From Candidatus Zixiibacteriota bacterium (GTDB taxonomy: Bacteria; Zixibacteria; MSB-5A5; GN15; PGXB01): a stretch of DNA of 14,700 bases. This document shows, piece by piece, positions 11,112-14,700 of this stretch. The notes beneath the pieces are model-generated. The model worked only from the letters and a program-made list of their open reading frames with translations, was not told the origin of the DNA and did no database searches. Location of the stretch: positions 1-14,700 of the forward strand of contig DAOWOO010000004.1 in NCBI GenBank assembly GCA_030642025.1, given 5' to 3'. The translations under genes and the position numbers were made by a program. Each line of letters begins with the position of its first letter. The first letter of the stretch is position 1.

Positions 11112-14100
11112 TCAGTCGGATTTCTGCTTGATATTTTGTTCTATGTTGATTTTAGGGGTAATACGTTCCTTTACAGCCTCAGGTATTTCGATATCGGAAA
11201 CGTCGGGAGCATAATCGGTTTTAACAAGCGATGTATCTATTACGCCTTCATCAGTATCTTCCTGGAAGCGAACGGAGACTAACTTGGAAATACCCGGCTG
11301 TTCCATGGTGATGCCGTACATATTATCCGCTGCCTCCATGGTGATCTTATTATGAGTGATAATAATAAACTGGGTTTGGTCCGAGAAGGTTTTGATAATT
11401 TTCAGAAAACGGTGGATATTTGCATCATCAAGAGGGGCGTCGATCTCATCGAGGACGCAAAATGGCGACGGCTTGACCAGGTAGATCGCGAACAGAAGCG
11501 ATATGGCCGTGAGGGCGCGTTCGCCCCCGGACATCTGGGTGATGGACAAAAGTTTCTTACCCCGCGGCCGCGCGGTTATTTCGATGGGGGATTCTAGCGG
11601 ATCCTCATCACTTACCAGATGGATGTTGCAATCTCCGCCGGCAAACAGTTCGGCAAAAACTTTCTGGAAGTTTTCTCGCACTTTTTCAAAAGTCTCCAGA
11701 AATAGATTACGGGCGGTAGTGTTGATTTTGGTGATAGTTGACTGGAGAGTCGACTTGGCCTGCATAAGGTCGTTAATTTGCGCGGAAAGGAATTCCTGGC
11801 GTTCTTTGGCAGTATCGTACTCATCGAGCGCCAGAAGGTTAACCGCGCCGAAAGTTTTAATTTGCTCCCTGATTTCCCGCATTCTCGCCCTTCGCTGATC
11901 GGGCGGAATGCTCATATCGGGAATCTTTGCCTGTACTTCATTAAGATCAATCTCATACTCATCGCGGATTTTGGTTGTAATGGATCGGGTGTCGGAATCG
12001 ATCTCAGCCAGCCGCAATTCAGTCTCGTGAAGCTTGGCACCGGTTTCCTCTCGCTCCTGACGCAGGACCTTAATTCTTCTTTCACGCTCATTAAGGCTGT
12101 CCTGGAGACTGGCCTGGGATTGTCGGTGACCGGTCTGTTCATCGGACATCTGTGCCCTGGCGTCAAAAATGCTCTTTAAATCTTTTTCGAGTGCGAGTGT
12201 TTTTTCATCGGTAACCCTGATGTCCTCTTCGGCGGTCATGATTTCAATCGATTTCGTCTTGATTCCGGAGTCGATTTCATAAATCAGTTCCCGGACATGT
12301 TTCAACTGGCTTTCACGCTGTTCTTTTTGACTTCGCTGTTCAACCATCCTGATCTGTAGCTGCGAGGCGCGCTCCGCCGCAGTTTCGGACTCCTGCTCAA
12401 GGTCGGAAATGCGAGCGTCGGATGAGGCTGCCGTTTTCAGCAATTTTTCTTTCTCCCGCGCCAGTTGATCGTAGTTAAGATTAAGGTCATACTGTCGGCT
12501 TTTCAGCGCTTCCAATTTCCCGGAAAGGATGCGCCGCTCGTTTTCGATCCGTCCGATATCCCGGCATATCTCCTCCAGTTTGAACTCGTTGGAGTCGAAT
12601 TCTTTTTGCGTTAACGACTGTTCCTGGGTAAGAGAACTCAGCAAGGTCGTTGTTTCAAGCAATTCCGACTGTAACGCGCCCAAGCGAGCAGTTGTATGAT
12701 TCTTTGATTCCTTGAGCCTGTTCAATTCTGTAGCCATGCGTTCAATAGCGCGCTCTTCCTCGGCAACCTTTTCCTTTCGTCCGAATAGTGGTATCTCATC
12801 TCTGGAACCACCGGTAATTATGGCTATATTATGATAAGCTGTGCCACTGGTGCTGACGGCGGCAAAGAAGGGCGGCAATTGTTCGAGAATGGCTTCGGCC
12901 GCATCAGGCTTTATTACCGCTGTCCTTGACAGAAGCATTTTCGCCAGTATCGATAAGTCATCGGGAATTTCGACCATATTATCCGCCCACCCGATAAAGC
13001 CTTCATGCTGAATATCCGGGCGGATAGTCTCGGTTTCGCGCGCCGATTCCAGAATCATGAATCCGGCTTTGCCTTTGCTTTCCGATTCAAGAAAGGCGAT
13101 CGCCTGGTCGGCGGTGTTTCGGTCTCGACAGATTACAAACCCGGCCATCTCGCCCAGGGCGGCTTCAATGGCCTGCTCATACCCCGGCTTCGGCTTGAAA
13201 CTGTCAGCCACAGTGCTGATCAAACCCGGCCAGCGATCCTTAAATTCCAGAAGGGGAGCTACGCCGGAACTGTAACCTTCATACTGGGTTATCATTTCAT
13301 TTAGCAGATGATGACGAGCCTCGGCCGCCTCCAGCGACGCCGAGATATCGAATATTTTACCCGAAAATTCGTCGATCTGATTATCCAGAGCATCGGCCTC
13401 ATTCGTCAATGATGTTTTTCTGTCGGTGGATTCCTTTAATTTCCGTTCTATGTCGGACAGGTTCTCCTTCAGCGAGCCAAGGATTGCCGTCAGGCCTTTT
13501 TTCCTTTCTCCGGCGGCTGAAAGTTGTTCATCCATTTCAGTGATTTTTATATTGGTTTCGCTTTCCTGCTCTTTCAGATTGGTGTCGTCTGTTTTTTCCG
13601 CGGAAAGGCATCTCTCCAGTGAGAGAAACTTTTGATTCAAATCAACGCGAATACGGCGCGCCTCAAGAACACGCTCATCAGCGGTGGCAAGGGCCGTTTC
13701 ACGGACCGAGACTTCGCTGTTCATGGACTCCAACCCTTGCTCAAGCTTATCAAGCTCAGTTTTGATCTCATCAACCTGATCGGTCAGCAGTTCTCTGCGT
13801 TTGCGGTAAGCTTCAATATCAACCAGGTTTTTTTCTTTCAGGCGGTGTCCATTGTCCCGGCGTTCCCGGCCGACATTGATTTCCGTTTCGATATTATGCG
13901 CCTGTTCGGACTTTTCATAGATATGTTTAGAAATGTCCGTCAGGTTGCGGTCCAGATCGGTCAACCGCTTGCGTTCCTCTTCCTGGTCGGCGGAAAATGA
14001 ATCGATTTCGGTATCATGTTGAGCGCGGATATCAACCATAGAATCCTTCTTGGATATTAGCTCGCGCCGTTCCTCCATAAGCTCATCCATAGCCAACTTG

Positions 14101-14700
14101 CTTAAGTAGATTTCCCATCCTTTAAGTTCCTCGGAATATTGCCGGTACCTCTCGGCTTTTTTCATCTGACGGTGAAGTGAGTTAACCTGGGTGTTAATCT
14201 CGGCAATAATGTCCTTTAGCCGCAGGAGATCCTGATCGGTGGCTTCGAGCTTGCGGACTGCGGCCTTTTTTCGGGATTTATATTTGGAAATGCCGGCCGC
14301 CTCTTCAAAGAGAAAGCGCCGATCATCGGTGCGGTCGGATAATATGGCGTCAATCATATCCTGCTGGATCATGGCGTAAATGTGCGCGCCGACACCGGTA
14401 TCCATTAAAAGCTCGGTGATATCTCTCAGGCGGCAGGGAACCTTGTTTAAGAGGTATTCCGATTCCCCGGATCGGAACAGACGGCGGGTGATCTGCACTT
14501 CGCTGTATTCGGTAGGGAGAATACCCTTATGATTCTGAATGATCAGGGTGACTTCAGCCATACCCAGTGGTTTCAGATCGCGAGTTCCATTGAAAATTAT
14601 CTCCTCCATTTTGGAGCCGCGAAGAAGCGATACTTTCTGTTCACCCAGAACCCAGCGGATAGCATCGAGGATATTGGTTTTGCCGCATCCGTTGGGGCCG
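11112..14700 (-). CDS. smc: Chromosome partition protein SMC (5'-partial; the N-terminal ~30+ aa lie beyond the window edge)
   Basis: The ORF track starts at an internal Met (14609), but the same frame is open to the window edge and encodes the Walker A motif GPNGCGKTNILDAIRWVLGEQ at 14699-14637. It contains long coiled-coil arms, a central hinge (GGSRDEIPLFGRKEK...), the ABC signature LSITQMSGGERALTAISLLFA and Walker B FCVLDEIDAPLDD near the C-terminus. Stop TGA at 11112-11114. Confidence 0.95.
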   Translation of the reverse strand, partial: GPNGCGKTNILDAIRWVLGEQKVSLLRGSKMEEIIFNGTRDLKPLGMAEVTLIIQNHKGILPTEYSEVQITRRLFRSGESEYLLNKVPCRLRDITELLMDTGVGAHIYAMIQQDMIDAILSDRTDDRRFLFEEAAGISKYKSRKKAAVRKLEATDQDLLRLKDIIAEINTQVNSLHRQMKKAERYRQYSEELKGWEIYLSKLAMDELMEERRELISKKDSMVDIRAQHDTEIDSFSADQEEERKRLTDLDRNLTDISKHIYEKSEQAHNIETEINVGRERRDNGHRLKEKNLVDIEAYRKRRELLTDQVDEIKTELDKLEQGLESMNSEVSVRETALATADERVLEARRIRVDLNQKFLSLERCLSAEKTDDTNLKEQESETNIKITEMDEQLSAAGERKKGLTAILGSLKENLSDIERKLKESTDRKTSLTNEADALDNQIDEFSGKIFDISASLEAAEARHHLLNEMITQYEGYSSGVAPLLEFKDRWPGLISTVADSFKPKPGYEQAIEAALGEMAGFVICRDRNTADQAIAFLESESKGKAGFMILESARETETIRPDIQHEGFIGWADNMVEIPDDLSILAKMLLSRTAVIKPDAAEAILEQLPPFFAAVSTSGTAYHNIAIITGGSRDEIPLFGRKEKVAEEERAIERMATELNRLKESKNHTTARLGALQSELLETTTLLSSLTQEQSLTQKEFDSNEFKLEEICRDIGRIENERRILSGKLEALKSRQYDLNLNYDQLAREKEKLLKTAASSDARISDLEQESETAAERASQLQIRMVEQRSQKEQRESQLKHVRELIYEIDSGIKTKSIEIMTAEEDIRVTDEKTLALEKDLKSIFDARAQMSDEQTGHRQSQASLQDSLNERERRIKVLRQEREETGAKLHETELRLAEIDSDTRSITTKIRDEYEIDLNEVQAKIPDMSIPPDQRRARMREIREQIKTFGAVNLLALDEYDTAKERQEFLSAQINDLMQAKSTLQSTITKINTTARNLFLETFEKVRENFQKVFAELFAGGDCNIHLVSDEDPLESPIEITARPRGKKLLSITQMSGGERALTAISLLFAIYLVKPSPFCVLDEIDAPLDDANIHRFLKIIKTFSDQTQFIIITHNKITMEAADNMYGITMEQPGISKLVSVRFQEDTDEGVIDTSLVKTDYAPDVSDIEIPEAVKERITPKINIEQNIKQKSD

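Noticed and set aside
11352-14000. Multiple + strand ORFs (11503..11898, 11778..12179, 13005..13304, 13632..14000 etc.) opposite smc
   Set aside because: They are shadow ORFs antisense to the SMC coiled-coil region, which is stop-poor in the reverse frames, and have no conserved features.

Overview
The window is a convergent locus with two genes on the + strand followed by a four-gene operon on the - strand. (i) A small SPFH/band-7 family lipoprotein gene (51..860, +) ends in a rho-independent terminator. (ii) A ~700-bp AT-rich non-coding region with candidate sigma70-like promoters leads into one 7.7-kb gene (1558..9261, +) for a 2567-aa, very acidic, cysteine-rich secreted protein. That protein has an N-terminal signal peptide, about 23 tandem ~86-aa HYR-like/cadherin-like beta-sandwich modules of two alternating subtypes arranged in a higher-order ~2.1-kb super-repeat, a cohesin-like domain, a two-segment dockerin, a ~125-aa unassigned module and a type-A T9SS (Por) C-terminal sorting domain. 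(iii) A bidirectional terminator sits at the convergence point. (iv) The - strand carries a tightly coupled housekeeping operon smc(partial)-ftsY-yjbQ-rlmH (11112..14700, 10180..11097, 9789..10187, 9319..9789). I found no tRNA, rRNA, CRISPR, transposase or integrase. The giant cohesin+dockerin+T9SS adhesin-like protein is the accessory, potentially novel element. The T9SS domain variant (QNYPNPFNPSTTI...KKMIMLK) suggests a Bacteroidota-related (FCB-group) lineage. Coordinates of domain boundaries inside the giant gene are approximate (about +/-30 nt).
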